The position numbers were made by a program, and so were the translations under genes. A DNA stretch of 48,464 nt, from NCBI GenBank assembly GCA_043810695.1, contig JBDRNV010000018.1:1-48464 (forward strand). The letters are read 5' to 3'. This stretch comes from Nanobdellota archaeon (GTDB lineage Archaea > Nanobdellota > Nanobdellia > Pacearchaeales > GW2011-AR1). How positions within the stretch are numbered: position 1 is the stretch's first letter; every line of letters starts with the position of its first letter. Shown piece after piece: positions 26,426-36,369 of this stretch. The notes beneath the pieces were generated by a model. It did no database searches and was not told the origin of the DNA. It saw only the letters and a program-made list of their open reading frames with translations.

Positions 26426-28174
26426 ATGAAAATCCTAACTCTTCATGTTGATTATATAAACTTCAAGCCTCTGAAAAAAGCGCTTAAAGGAATTGCAGAA
26501 CTAACTGAGAAAGAGAAAAAAGGCACCAAGATAGAAGAGGCGCTGGTTGTTTTAACTGCAATTGAAAAAGGAGATTTGATTGACGAAACAGCAAAAGAGC
26601 TTGTAAAAAATGTAAAAGATATTGCACAACAAGTAAAAGCTAAAAGCATTGTTCTTTATCCTTATGCTCATCTTTCAAATAATCTTGCATCTTCTGAAAT
26701 TGCTATGGAAATAATTGATAAAGCTGGAAAAGAACTAAAAAAAACATTTAATGTTGTAAAAGCACCATTTGGATATTACAAGGAATTTGAATTAAAAGTA
26801 AAAGGGCATCCTTTGAGTGAATTGAGCAGGGAAATAAAAGCAGGAGAAGCTTCGTCCAAGTTTGGCCAAAGCAGGGAGATAAGAATAAACACTAAACAAA
26901 TACAGAGCAAAGAAAAATATGATTTTAGCCAATTGTTAAAAGAAATTTCCAAGACAAAACTAGATACTTCAAAACTCAAGGAAAATGACCATAGAATTCT
27001 TGGAAAACAAATGGATTTGTTTTCTTTTAGCGAGGTTGCGCCGGGAATGGTTTTTTGGCATAATAAAGGTTTAATTATCTACAACGAATTAATTGATTTT
27101 TGGAGAGAAGAACATAGAAAAGCAGGCTATCAAGAAATTTCTACTCCCCAGATATTAGATAAAAAATTGTGGCAGATTTCAGGGCATTGGGAAAAATATA
27201 GAGAAAATATTTTCTTGACAGAATATGAAAAAAGAATTTTTGCTGTTAAACCAATGAATTGTCCAGGAGGAATATTAATTTTTAAAAATTCTCCAAAATC
27301 TTATAAAGATTTACCTTTAAGAGTTGGAGAACTTGGAGTTGTTCATAGGCAGGAATTGTCAGGAGTTTTAGGAGGTTTATTTAGATTAATACAATTTACC
27401 CAGGATGATGCACATATTTACTGCAATGAAAAACAAATTGAGGAAGAGATATCAAAAACACTTGATTTAGTAGATTTGTTCTATAAACAATTTGATTTTA
27501 ATTATGATATTGAGCTTTCTACCCGCCCTGAAAAAAGAATTGGGGCTGAAAATTTCTGGGATGTAGCTGAAAATATTTTAAAAAAAGTTCTTGAAAAGAA
27601 AAAAGTCAAATTTAAATTAAATAAAGGAGAAGGTGCTTTTTATGGACCAAAGATTGATTTTCATTTAAAAGATTCTCTTGGAAGAACTTGGCAATGTGGA
27701 ACAATTCAATTGGATTTTTCAATGCCTGAAAGATTTGATTTAGAATATACAGATAAAGATAATAGCAAAAAAAGACCAATTATGATTCATATAGCTATTT
27801 ATGGAAGTTTGGAAAGATTTATAGCAATTCTTCTTGAGCATACAAAAGGAAGGCTTCCAACCTGGCTTGCTCCTATTCAGGTAAGAGTACTGAGCTTTAC
27901 AGACAGAAATAAAGCATATGGAGAAAAAATTATAAAAATACTTAAAGAAAAAATTCCAGAATTAAGGATTGACGCTGATTTTCAGTCAATACCAATTCCT
28001 TCAAAAGTTAAGGATGCAGAATTAATGAGAATTCCTTATACAATTGTTGCAGGAGATAATGAAGAAAAAGCAAAAAACATTGCCCTAAGAATAAGAGGAG
28101 ACAAAAAGATAAAGATTATAAAAACAGAAGAATTTGCAGAATTATTAAAAAAAGAGATTGAACAAAGGAGATAG
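26426..28174 (+). CDS. thrS: Threonine--tRNA ligase with archaeal N-terminal editing domain
   Basis: 582 aa. N-terminal MKILTLHVDYINFKP... (archaea-specific editing-domain pattern), class II core (FRLIQFTQDDAHIY, GAFYGPKIDF) and C-terminal anticodon-binding domain. Confidence 0.9.
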   Translation: MKILTLHVDYINFKPLKKALKGIAELTEKEKKGTKIEEALVVLTAIEKGDLIDETAKELVKNVKDIAQQVKAKSIVLYPYAHLSNNLASSEIAMEIIDKAGKELKKTFNVVKAPFGYYKEFELKVKGHPLSELSREIKAGEASSKFGQSREIRINTKQIQSKEKYDFSQLLKEISKTKLDTSKLKENDHRILGKQMDLFSFSEVAPGMVFWHNKGLIIYNELIDFWREEHRKAGYQEISTPQILDKKLWQISGHWEKYRENIFLTEYEKRIFAVKPMNCPGGILIFKNSPKSYKDLPLRVGELGVVHRQELSGVLGGLFRLIQFTQDDAHIYCNEKQIEEEISKTLDLVDLFYKQFDFNYDIELSTRPEKRIGAENFWDVAENILKKVLEKKKVKFKLNKGEGAFYGPKIDFHLKDSLGRTWQCGTIQLDFSMPERFDLEYTDKDNSKKRPIMIHIAIYGSLERFIAILLEHTKGRLPTWLAPIQVRVLSFTDRNKAYGEKIIKILKEKIPELRIDADFQSIPIPSKVKDAELMRIPYTIVAGDNEEKAKNIALRIRGDKKIKIIKTEEFAELLKKEIEQRR

Positions 28175-28273
28175 TTAAATTAAAAATACCATTAAATATA
28201 AAAACAAGATTAGAAATTAATATTACATGAAAGCAAATCAAAAATTTTCATTCATTCGCCATGGGAGTGTTAA

Positions 28274-28786
28274 ATGAAAGCTATGCATTATATCAAGAAG
28301 GTTAAGGAATCAGAACCATATAAGGAGTTTATTAAAGAAGACCCTGATGCATATTTATGCTCTGTGTTTTTTGTAAGAGATTTTACAGAAAACCACAACG
28401 AAACACAGGTTGATTTTTATTCTCCAAAGAAAAAGGCAATGATTAGTTTTAAAGTAGAAAAGAAAGTTCAAAGAATTCCTATTAACAAGAAAGCAGAGAC
28501 TATTACACACAAGAAATTTGTTCCTAAAACCCTTAATGAAAATCCAAAAATGGATGTTGATGAATTAAAAGCAATTCTTATGGACGAAATGAAAAATAGG
28601 GAGATGACTTATGAAATAGATAAAATTCTCGCTTTTCTAAATATAACAGATGATGAAACAGTATGGAACTGTACTGCTTTTTTGAAAGGATTAGGGCTTC
28701 TTCAGTCGCATATTGAAGATGAAAGCAAAAGTGTTCTTTTTATGGAAAAGAAGTCTTTGTTTGATTTAATAAAAAGAGTGAAGTAA
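28274..28786 (+). CDS. Hypothetical protein
   Basis: 170-aa ORF. No family recognised. Confidence 0.5.
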   Translation: MKAMHYIKKVKESEPYKEFIKEDPDAYLCSVFFVRDFTENHNETQVDFYSPKKKAMISFKVEKKVQRIPINKKAETITHKKFVPKTLNENPKMDVDELKAILMDEMKNREMTYEIDKILAFLNITDDETVWNCTAFLKGLGLLQSHIEDESKSVLFMEKKSLFDLIKRVK

Positions 28787-28844
28787 ATAGAAGTAACAAA
28801 GCGCTGACAAAAATAAGAATTAACTATATCTGGCTTCAGTGAAA

Positions 28845-28856
28845 TATATAAATAAT
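28845..28856 (+). promoter_or_regulatory. Archaeal TATA box (ATATATAAATAA) about 26 nt upstream of ATG 28876
   Basis: Same TATAAATAA core and spacing as the two other pilin-like genes. Confidence 0.5.
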
Positions 28857-28875
28857 CCTTATTTTATTAAAATAA

Positions 28876-30084
28876 ATGGAAAAAAAGGGAATGTCCACAG
28901 TAATAGCGACTTTGCTGATAATTCTTCTTGTTCTTATAATCATTGGTATTGTGTGGGTTGTTGTATCAAAAATAATTTCTGAAAAGTTAGAGATAACACG
29001 AGTTCAAAGCGAGTTTTTTGGTGAGGATATTAGTTTTGTAAGTGTTAATGCAGATCCTAATAATGGCTTAATATTAAGCACAAGCATAAGAACTTCTTCA
29101 GGAAGTATGAAAATACACACAGAAAGCCTACCTGCTCCACCTGCTGAGATAAGTGTTGTTTCTGTTGTTGACTTATCAGGAAGTATGAGAGATTGTTTAG
29201 GAGCAAATTATAATTGTTGTCATAATGTTCTTCATGGGTGGCTTTCATCTTCTCCCCATTGTTATGGTGTTCCATTTGAATATATAAATCTGTGTGAAAC
29301 TTCATGTGGAGGAACTCTTTATGATGGATTAACTTCTTCTCAAAATGCAAACAAACAACTTATTGATACTCTTTTAAATGATAAAGATAATAATAGGGTT
29401 GGGTTAGTAGCTTATAATTCAGAGATAGTTGAAGAATTTTCATCTGAACTTACAGAAGATGATTCTAGTTTAATAACAATAATAAATTCATGGGAAGCTG
29501 AAGAATATACCTGTATATGTTGTGGTATAAATGATGCAAAAGATAAGCTTTCAGGTATTATTGGTGAAAAACAAAAAGCAATTATTGTTATGAGTGATGG
29601 GGAAGCAAATAGAGAATGTCCTAGTCGTTATGGTGAGCATTCAAAACAAGATGCAATAGATGCTGCATGTGATGCATATGAAGAGTTAACTAATCTTATT
29701 ATTTATGCTGTTGGTTTGGGAAATGATGTAGATGATGATACAATGCAGGCCATAGCTGATTGTGGACATGGAATTTATTATCATTCTGAAAATATTGATG
29801 ATTTAATTGAGATTTATGAGTCTGTAAAAGATGAAATTATACAAACATCCCGTTCTTTTTATAAGTTTATTTATCTAAAAATAATTTTTTATGATAGTGT
29901 GGGAAATTCTCTTATATCAAAGATTGATGTGCCTGCTCCTTTAGAAACAGAAACTTTTGAATTTGATCTTACTGAAACAGATTTGACAGCTCCAATAGTA
30001 AAAATAGAGATTTATCCTGTTGCACTCACACACCAAGGAAAAGAGGTTATAGGGCCTTTATTTGATGTCTGGGAGAAGAAGTAA
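28876..30084 (+). CDS. Archaeal pilin-like protein with von Willebrand factor A domain
   Basis: 402 aa. Class III signal KKG/MSTVIATLLIILLVLIIIGIVWVVV. vWA MIDAS motif VVDLSGSM and later VMSDGEAN. Confidence 0.75.
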   Translation: MEKKGMSTVIATLLIILLVLIIIGIVWVVVSKIISEKLEITRVQSEFFGEDISFVSVNADPNNGLILSTSIRTSSGSMKIHTESLPAPPAEISVVSVVDLSGSMRDCLGANYNCCHNVLHGWLSSSPHCYGVPFEYINLCETSCGGTLYDGLTSSQNANKQLIDTLLNDKDNNRVGLVAYNSEIVEEFSSELTEDDSSLITIINSWEAEEYTCICCGINDAKDKLSGIIGEKQKAIIVMSDGEANRECPSRYGEHSKQDAIDAACDAYEELTNLIIYAVGLGNDVDDDTMQAIADCGHGIYYHSENIDDLIEIYESVKDEIIQTSRSFYKFIYLKIIFYDSVGNSLISKIDVPAPLETETFEFDLTETDLTAPIVKIEIYPVALTHQGKEVIGPLFDVWEKK

Positions 30085-30152
30085 AAATTAAGATAGAATT
30101 CTATGAAATTAAACATATAAAGGTTTAAATACACATCCTATATTTTTTTTAA

Positions 30153-33100
30153 ATGAAAGTTTCTGATAAGAACCTTGTTTTAATTTTAATACTGGTTTTT
30201 CTAGTCTCGCTTATTTTCACTATTTTTGCATTTAGTAATACTCTTATAACAAATTCCCAAAGTGGAGAATTAAAGTTAATAAATGAAAATTTCTTGAAAA
30301 ATGCTTCTTTAGAAGATATTGATATTATTGCTGAGAAAAATGAAAAAAATAAGAAAATAAATATGGATGAGATTGATGATGAAATAATTGATTTTGAAAC
30401 AAATTTAAAAGCAAATTCTGAAATAATTGAAAGTTTAGAAACAACTAGTAAAAAAATAAATCATCCTTATTCAGGATATGTTATAGAATTTGATAATCCT
30501 TCTTTAATAGAGTATCAAATGAATAAAGAAAATGAACAGAACGAAAAAACATCTTTAATTCAATCAGTTTCTTATCGGGCTCAATTAAATTTAGAACACT
30601 TAGATACTAAGACTTTAATAGAAAATCAGCTTGGAAAATCTCTAACCGAAATTATAACAAATGAATTTTTTTTGACTTTTAATGGAATTGCACTTGATAT
30701 AAGCGATGAAGAAGCAAAACTTCTTGAAAATTTACCTGGAATAAAAAATATAGAACCTGATTACGAAACCCATGCACTTTTGAATGAATCTGTTCCTTTA
30801 ATAGGTGCTGATTTGATATGGCAAATGGATGCAGAGGGTAACAACTGCTCATCCAGTACTTTTGAATGCTTGACTGGAAAAGGTGTGACAATAGGAATTA
30901 TAGACACAGGCATTGACTACACACACAGAGATCTTGGTAATTGTACAGAAGAGCAATTTCTTTCAAAATCATGTTCTAAAGTAATAGATGGCTGGGATTT
31001 TATAAATAATGATAATAATCCTTTAGATGATCATGGACATGGTACTCATGTTGCTGGAATAGCTGCTGGTAAAGGGGACTACAATGATAACAATGTTTTT
31101 GATATTAATGAGTCATGGGGTGTTGCGCCTGATGCAACGTTGGTTGCCTATAAAGTCCTGGACAAGCGTGCAACAGGCCACATGAGCATAATAGCTGCAG
31201 GCATAGAGAGATCTGTTGATCCCAACCAAGATGGTGACACATCAGATCATCTTGATATAATATCAATAAGCATAGGAGGATATGGTAATCCAGACGATTC
31301 TGTTTCAAAAGCTATAAATAATGCTGTTGATGCAGGAGTAATAGCTGTTGTAGCTGCGGGAAATTCAGGGCCTGAAGGAAATGATTATTGTAGAAATGAT
31401 GATGACGGTAGATTTAATTCTATATGCAGTCCTGCTACATCAAGAAAAGCAATAACTGTGGCTGCATCTTACAAAAAAGATTACGCATGGATAGGATGGG
31501 ATGGAAATGTTGTAACAGATCAAATAACTGGTTTTAGTTCTTTTGGTCCTGTTGCTTGGACAACAGAAAATGGTGCTGATTATTTAATAAAACCAGATAT
31601 TACAGCACCTGGAGCTGTAATATGTTCTGCCCTTCGTCCTGGTTTTGTTCCATGGTATGAGGATACAACATATAAAAAATGCCTTGATAATTATCACGTA
31701 AATTTGGCAGGAACAAGCATGGCTGCTCCTCATGTATCTGGAACAGCTGCACTTTTGAAACAGAAAAATCCTGACTGGACAAATTATGAGGTAAAAAATG
31801 CACTGAAGCTTAGTGCAAAAGATGTCGGTTATGATAAATTTAGACAAGGTGTAGGAAGAATACAATCAAATGTTTCAATAGAAATAAATTCAATACCAAT
31901 TACAGAAATCACAACATCTGGTAGTGTTAGTGGAAAAATAAATATAACAGGTTCTGCTTATGGAAATGATTTTGTTTATTATAAATTAAAATATGGGCGT
32001 GGTTTAAATCCAACTAGATGGAAAAATATTGGTAAATCTTTTAATCCAATTATAAATGGAAATCTTTACACTAATTTTAATACTGAAAAACTTTCTAATT
32101 CAATCTACACGCTAAGACTTGAAGCTGTTACCAATAATGGTGATAAAGTAATAGAAGATTCAATTATCGCAGTTAAAAATAGCAATAATATGGTTTGCTC
32201 TGATTTTAATGAATGCAGACTTTTATCATTTATTCCTAATGTTATTATAAATACAGATAAAGACATTTTTGGTAAGGGTGACTCATTTTTTATAAATCAG
32301 CCAAATACTACTTTAGATTGTCATGGCAATAAAATAGTCTTTGATAGCCCTAACAGTTACATATATGTATATGCAAACTACACAACAATAAAGAATTGTG
32401 TTGTTGAGAATGCACAGGAATTTGTTCATGCGGAAAATGCCAATAATTTAGTTTTTGTTGACAATATTATTTACAATTCTCCGTCAGGCTTTCATTTTGT
32501 TTCTGTATCAAATGCTACTTTTATAAAAAATAAAATATATGGTACAGGTACATCTGCTTTTACATTTCAGGATTCTTATTCAGGATATTCAATAGATAAA
32601 TCAAATAAAGTAAATGACAAACCTGTTCTTTACCTGGATGGATTAAATAATACTACATTTGAAAATCTTGATTTAGGAAGTTTAATAGTTACAAATTCTA
32701 ATAATTTAACTTTTAAAAATATAAATGTAAGTGATGCAGATACAATAACAATATCTGAATCCTCAAACATTACAATATTAGATAGTGAGTCAAGCAGAAA
32801 TAAATATGGCATTAGGTTAATCAGATCTTCTGAAAATATAATAAAAAATAATGAATTTATTGATGAGAATGGAATAGGAATTTTAACATTTTATGCAGAC
32901 AAAAACAAAATAATAAATAACACAATAAAATCCGGTGGTCCTGGTTTATATGCGCTTAGTCTGATAAATTCAGAAGTAGCTGAAAATCAGATTTATGAAA
33001 GTGGTAGTGGTATATTTTTAGACGCTTACAGTAACCTTACTATTAGAGACAATTTAATGCAAAATAATACATATGGAATTTTTTTCCTTATGTATGGTGG

Positions 33101-34196
33101 ACAAATAATAGAAAAAAATAAGATATATCATAATTCAATATTTAATAGTACTCAATATAATATTGTTGCAATTTGGCCTGGTATTGGTACTTTTATATCT
33201 TCTGATATAACAGATTTGTACATTTCCTTTGGTCGTCAAGGGAATTTTTGGGGACATTCAACACTTCCTTACTTTTGCAGACAAATAGGTGCTGGTTGTC
33301 CAAAAGCTGATACTCTAAATTCAGGCATATACGATAACTGTCCTTACAATCAATCTTATTCTCCGGGAAAATGGCCTGAGTCACCTGTATGCCTCACAAA
33401 GCCTGAAATAATAAATTCAACAATACCTTCTGTACTAATAGCAAATCAAACAGGAGTCTTCAAGTGGCAGGCATATGATGAAGCTGATGACAGCCTGACT
33501 TGGAATATAAGCTGGGGTGATGAAACTAATAGTTTGTCGCCAGATATATGTCTTGATGATAAATGCTGGAATGTTTCTATAACACATATATGGGAATCTC
33601 CAGGATTGTATAATATAACTGTTTCTTTATTTGACGGGACAAATACAATTGTTAGTAAATATCCCATAGAAATTCTTGCAAAAGATACAATAAAACCAGC
33701 AATACTATCTTTTTCACCTAGGACAAATAATACGATTTATGGAGTGCCTCAGACAGTTACATTTACTTGTTCTGCTTATGATAATTACGGTCTTTCAAAA
33801 GTTATCTTATGGGGTGACTGGCCAATATCTAATAATCCAAGCAGAACTTATAAGGAAATTGAAACAAAATATATAGATGGAACAGCAGCAACTGTCACGT
33901 TTACAACTACTATAACTACAAATGGAACATTTGCATGGAATTGCCAGGTTTTTGACAAAAACAATAATTATGAATGGATAAATTTGAAGGGATATTCTCC
34001 TTATTTCACTTTAGTTTCATCCAAATGCTCTGATGGTACTATATCTGACATGTGTTCTATAAACAAACCAGGATATTGTAGTAATGGTTTTCTTGTTAAT
34101 GATTGTTCAAGATGTGGATGTTCGGGAGATATGATATGCAAATCATCTGGAATTTGTTCTAAGCCTACAGGCGAGCAGCCATTTCCTATAGAATAA
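30153..34196 (+). CDS. Giant secreted subtilisin-like (S8) serine protease with beta-helix and PKD-like domains
   Basis: 1347 aa. N-terminal anchor and catalytic triad motifs GIIDTGIDYTHRDL (Asp), HGTHVAGIAAG (His) and GTSMAAPHVSGTAALL (Ser). Followed by parallel beta-helix-like repeats (NN.I...N.I), PKD/Ig-like segments and a Cys-rich tail. Confidence 0.88.
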   Translation: MKVSDKNLVLILILVFLVSLIFTIFAFSNTLITNSQSGELKLINENFLKNASLEDIDIIAEKNEKNKKINMDEIDDEIIDFETNLKANSEIIESLETTSKKINHPYSGYVIEFDNPSLIEYQMNKENEQNEKTSLIQSVSYRAQLNLEHLDTKTLIENQLGKSLTEIITNEFFLTFNGIALDISDEEAKLLENLPGIKNIEPDYETHALLNESVPLIGADLIWQMDAEGNNCSSSTFECLTGKGVTIGIIDTGIDYTHRDLGNCTEEQFLSKSCSKVIDGWDFINNDNNPLDDHGHGTHVAGIAAGKGDYNDNNVFDINESWGVAPDATLVAYKVLDKRATGHMSIIAAGIERSVDPNQDGDTSDHLDIISISIGGYGNPDDSVSKAINNAVDAGVIAVVAAGNSGPEGNDYCRNDDDGRFNSICSPATSRKAITVAASYKKDYAWIGWDGNVVTDQITGFSSFGPVAWTTENGADYLIKPDITAPGAVICSALRPGFVPWYEDTTYKKCLDNYHVNLAGTSMAAPHVSGTAALLKQKNPDWTNYEVKNALKLSAKDVGYDKFRQGVGRIQSNVSIEINSIPITEITTSGSVSGKINITGSAYGNDFVYYKLKYGRGLNPTRWKNIGKSFNPIINGNLYTNFNTEKLSNSIYTLRLEAVTNNGDKVIEDSIIAVKNSNNMVCSDFNECRLLSFIPNVIINTDKDIFGKGDSFFINQPNTTLDCHGNKIVFDSPNSYIYVYANYTTIKNCVVENAQEFVHAENANNLVFVDNIIYNSPSGFHFVSVSNATFIKNKIYGTGTSAFTFQDSYSGYSIDKSNKVNDKPVLYLDGLNNTTFENLDLGSLIVTNSNNLTFKNINVSDADTITISESSNITILDSESSRNKYGIRLIRSSENIIKNNEFIDENGIGILTFYADKNKIINNTIKSGGPGLYALSLINSEVAENQIYESGSGIFLDAYSNLTIRDNLMQNNTYGIFFLMYGGQIIEKNKIYHNSIFNSTQYNIVAIWPGIGTFISSDITDLYISFGRQGNFWGHSTLPYFCRQIGAGCPKADTLNSGIYDNCPYNQSYSPGKWPESPVCLTKPEIINSTIPSVLIANQTGVFKWQAYDEADDSLTWNISWGDETNSLSPDICLDDKCWNVSITHIWESPGLYNITVSLFDGTNTIVSKYPIEILAKDTIKPAILSFSPRTNNTIYGVPQTVTFTCSAYDNYGLSKVILWGDWPISNNPSRTYKEIETKYIDGTAATVTFTTTITTNGTFAWNCQVFDKNNNYEWINLKGYSPYFTLVSSKCSDGTISDMCSINKPGYCSNGFLVNDCSRCGCSGDMICKSSGICSKPTGEQPFPIE

Positions 34197-34207
34197 TTAA
34201 AAAATAT

Positions 34208-34218
34208 CGCCCCGACCG
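34208..34218 (+). repeat. Core repeat copy 1 (CGCCCCGACCG), 12 nt after the subtilase stop codon
   Basis: Exact 11-mer, followed by arm GACAGGGTGTAGG (34225-34237). Confidence 0.9.
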
Positions 34219-34260
34219 AAAGTAGACAGGGTGTAGGTGCCCACAAATTTAAGGGTGTGG

Positions 34261-35115
34261 TCACTTAGCTTTCTTCTTATGAACAGAAAGATATCGTCTC
34301 AGAAAATAAGAAACAAAACTGTCTTCGTCTTTTTCTAATGCCTTATAATATGACTTTCTTTTTTTATATTCTATGATAAGCATAGGATATTTATTATGCC
34401 ATAATATAGAATTCATTAAAAGTCTCCCAACTCTTCCATTACCGTCTCCAAAAGGATGTATTTTTTCAAATTGATAATGTGCCCTTCCTGATAGTTCCAC
34501 GGAGTTCATTTTTTTATTTTTTTCAATGAATTCTATAAATCTTTTCGTTAGATTCTCAATGTCCTGCCAATCTGGAGCTAAATGTGGACCAACTCTGACA
34601 AGATAATCTCTAAACATCCCCGCAATATCCGGCTTTGTTTCACCAAATATATCTTTATGCCATTTTAATAATAACTCTTTAGTAATTTTTTCATTCTTTT
34701 TTAACATCTTTAAAAATACTTTATTGTGGGATTCTGTTTCTTTAACATCTCTTAAGGGTTTATTTGGAGAAATTTTATCATGAATAATTTCCCTTGTTTC
34801 TTCTAAGGTGATTGTGGAGCCCTCTATGGCATTTGTGTTATAAGTGAAGGCAATGGATATCTCTTCAAGTTCTTTTTCCTTCACACTTTCTGGAATTCTT
34901 TTCCACTCGATTTGAAAATTTTCCTTTATTCTTTCAAACTTGTTATAGAGGTCTGTTTTTAACTCCCTGTTAAATTCTTCTTTTATTTTACTAATATCTT
35001 TAGGTATTAAAGAGCCCAAATATTTTTCTTTTTTTACTACTTTATTGCCTTTTCTTATGCTATGTTCTAAGTAATAGTATTCTTTCTTGCCCTTAGTTTT
35101 TTTTCTTATAATCAT
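34261..35115 (-). CDS. Fic family protein (AMPylase/adenylyltransferase-like)
   Basis: 284 aa with the canonical Fic motif HPFGDGNGRVGRLL. Confidence 0.88.
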   Translation of the reverse strand: MIIRKKTKGKKEYYYLEHSIRKGNKVVKKEKYLGSLIPKDISKIKEEFNRELKTDLYNKFERIKENFQIEWKRIPESVKEKELEEISIAFTYNTNAIEGSTITLEETREIIHDKISPNKPLRDVKETESHNKVFLKMLKKNEKITKELLLKWHKDIFGETKPDIAGMFRDYLVRVGPHLAPDWQDIENLTKRFIEFIEKNKKMNSVELSGRAHYQFEKIHPFGDGNGRVGRLLMNSILWHNKYPMLIIEYKKRKSYYKALEKDEDSFVSYFLRRYLSVHKKKAK

Positions 35116-35135
35116 AGAATAATATACCCCTACAC

Positions 35136-35144
35136 ATTTATATA
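35136..35144 (-). promoter_or_regulatory. TATA box (TATATAAAT on the minus strand) about 25 nt upstream of the Fic start
   Basis: Lies inside the module, between 7-bp inverted repeats CCCTACA (35128-35134) and TGTAGGG (35166-35172). Confidence 0.45.
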
Positions 35145-35174
35145 CTTTTCTGTTTCTGATTAATATGTAGGGAC

Positions 35175-35186
35175 ACGCCCCGACCG
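35175..35186 (+). repeat. Core repeat copy 2 (ACGCCCCGACCG)
   Basis: Exact 12-mer. Together with the next 31 nt it forms a 43-bp repeat (35175-35217) that recurs at 36370-36412 with one mismatch. Confidence 0.9.
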
Positions 35187-35187
35187 A

Positions 35188-35217
35188 AACCAGTATAAAA
35201 GTTTACGGGTTAGGGTT
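35188..35217 (+). repeat. 30-bp arm AACCAGTATAAAAGTTTACGGGTTAGGGTT, copy 1
   Basis: Identical to 36383-36412. Both copies lie immediately right of a core copy. Confidence 0.9.
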
Positions 35218-35237
35218 TATGAGGGATGTTAGTTAGA

Positions 35238-35570
35238 TTAATCTTTTAAAAAAGAAATTATTTTGTTCAAGATCCCGTTAAATTTTTCTGACTTTAAAGA
35301 ACCAATTTTATATTTGATTAACGATTTTTCTATAGAGAAGATTTTATCTAATCTAAGATAGCTATCAACTTTTAATCCACCTCTAATAAAGTCTTTTTTA
35401 ATAACTGGAATTTCAACAGAAGATTCATATGATTTACCGGTTATTTGGTTAACTATAATATCATCGCCTTTTGGAATCTTAATAATTAAAACAGGTCTTC
35501 GTTTAACTTGCACTAAATTTGAGAAAGGGAAATCTATAACAATTACATCACCTTTCACAAGTCTTTCCAT
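35238..35570 (-). CDS. mazF: PemK/MazF-family toxin (endoribonuclease)
   Basis: 110 aa. GDVIVIDFPFSNLVQVKRRPVLIIK is the MazF/PemK N-terminal signature. Overlaps the upstream antitoxin ORF by 16 nt. Confidence 0.8.
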   Translation of the reverse strand: MERLVKGDVIVIDFPFSNLVQVKRRPVLIIKIPKGDDIIVNQITGKSYESSVEIPVIKKDFIRGGLKVDSYLRLDKIFSIEKSLIKYKIGSLKSEKFNGILNKIISFLKD

Positions 35571-35773
35571 ATCTCATCTTCCTCTTTATTCAACCATGTC
35601 TTTGCCAAAGATTTCTCTGACATTAAAGCCGTTTCTGGAATAGACTTCTTCAGAATTATTTCGTCATCTTTTCTGATTACGATTAGCTTATCTCCTTCAT
35701 TAATTCCTTTACGCAAATCTAAGGGAATTACTATTTGTCCCCTTGAACTCATCTTGGTTGTATCAATTATCAT
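35555..35773 (-). CDS. mazE: AbrB/SpoVT-type (MazE-like) antitoxin
   Basis: 72 aa. SSRGQIVIPLDLRKGINEGDKLIV is a swapped-hairpin AbrB motif. Confidence 0.75.
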   Translation of the reverse strand: MIIDTTKMSSRGQIVIPLDLRKGINEGDKLIVIRKDDEIILKKSIPETALMSEKSLAKTWLNKEEDEIWKDL

Positions 35774-35790
35774 AAATAAGATTAATCTTA

Positions 35791-35802
35791 CTTATATTTA
35801 AA
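35791..35802 (-). promoter_or_regulatory. TATA box (TTTAAATATAAG on the minus strand) about 24 nt upstream of the mazE start
   Basis: Position and composition only. Confidence 0.4.
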
Positions 35803-35823
35803 TGTTTGTTTTTTAGTTAAGAC

Positions 35824-35835
35824 ACGCCTCGACCG
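35824..35835 (+). repeat. Core repeat copy 3 (ACGCCTCGACCG, one C-to-T difference)
   Basis: Followed by arm GACAGGGCGTAGG (35842-35854), which is 12/13 identical to the arm after copy 1. Confidence 0.85.
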
Positions 35836-35844
35836 AACTACGAC

Positions 35845-35855
35845 AGGGCGTAGGA
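35845..35855 (+). repeat. Left 11-bp inverted repeat of the 150-aa-ORF module (AGGGCGTAGGA)
   Basis: Perfect reverse complement of 36355-36365 (TCCTACGCCCT). Confidence 0.85.
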
Positions 35856-35858
35856 GAA

Positions 35859-36311
35859 TTATCTTCTTGAGGTAAGATCGTGCGCAAACATTATAGAATC
35901 ATTTGGCCTTTCATAAGCTGTCCCATGACTCGATTTTCTTTCCATGGCTTCACTACCTGATACCACTGGAAGAAAAGTCAGAGAAAAAGCGACTTCTTGA
36001 CTTCCCAATGGTCCAACCTCATGAAATGGTTTATGATAATAGGATTCTAAGCCATATTCTCTTAACATATTTTTAACAGCATCATTTTCCATAGGAGATT
36101 TTAAGGTAACTGTAAAGTATCTAGCAGAGGCATATTTACCTTGCCCCCGATCCTCTAAATCAGCATCCCATTTAAAATTTAAAACCCTAGAATCTTCTTT
36201 TAGTTTAAATAGAGAAGTTAAACAACTAACATCGGCTTCCTTATAACTAGTCATTGCAACTACATGCTCAAGAGCAGCTATTCTGAATCTTTGATGATCT
36301 TCATTAAACAT
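35859..36311 (-). CDS. Hypothetical protein (cassette-borne, no family recognised)
   Basis: 150-aa ORF that fills the module. Visibly more G+C-rich than its neighbours (about 40% by eye). Confidence 0.55.
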   Translation of the reverse strand: MFNEDHQRFRIAALEHVVAMTSYKEADVSCLTSLFKLKEDSRVLNFKWDADLEDRGQGKYASARYFTVTLKSPMENDAVKNMLREYGLESYYHKPFHEVGPLGSQEVAFSLTFLPVVSGSEAMERKSSHGTAYERPNDSIMFAHDLTSRR

Positions 36312-36354
36312 GATTTTAGATTAAATTACTCCTTTAAAAAACTTGTGAAAGATA

Positions 36355-36365
36355 TCCTACGCCCT
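36355..36365 (-). repeat. Right 11-bp inverted repeat of the 150-aa-ORF module
   Basis: TCCTACGCCCT is the reverse complement of 35845-35855. It lies 5 nt before core copy 4. Confidence 0.85.
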
Positions 36366-36369
36366 AGGC

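Noticed and set aside
28227-28277. 16-codon upstream ORF (MKANQKFSFIRHGSVK) ending in an ATGA overlap with ORF 28274
   Set aside because: It is too short to support from sequence alone. It may simply reflect an alternative reading of the 5' region.
34197-34260. The core might be part of a tRNA or other structured RNA gene serving as the att site
   Set aside because: No cloverleaf, acceptor/T-arm pairing or conserved RNA motif could be folded around any of the six copies. The sequence flanking each copy differs.
30679-34264. Minus-strand ORFs inside and at the end of the subtilase gene (30679..30891, 31105..31308, 31584..31865, 32630..32812, 33193..33384, 33446..33667, 34001..34264)
   Set aside because: They are antisense to a 1347-aa ORF with intact S8 catalytic motifs and have no recognisable features. 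ORF 34001..34264 also runs across core copy 1.
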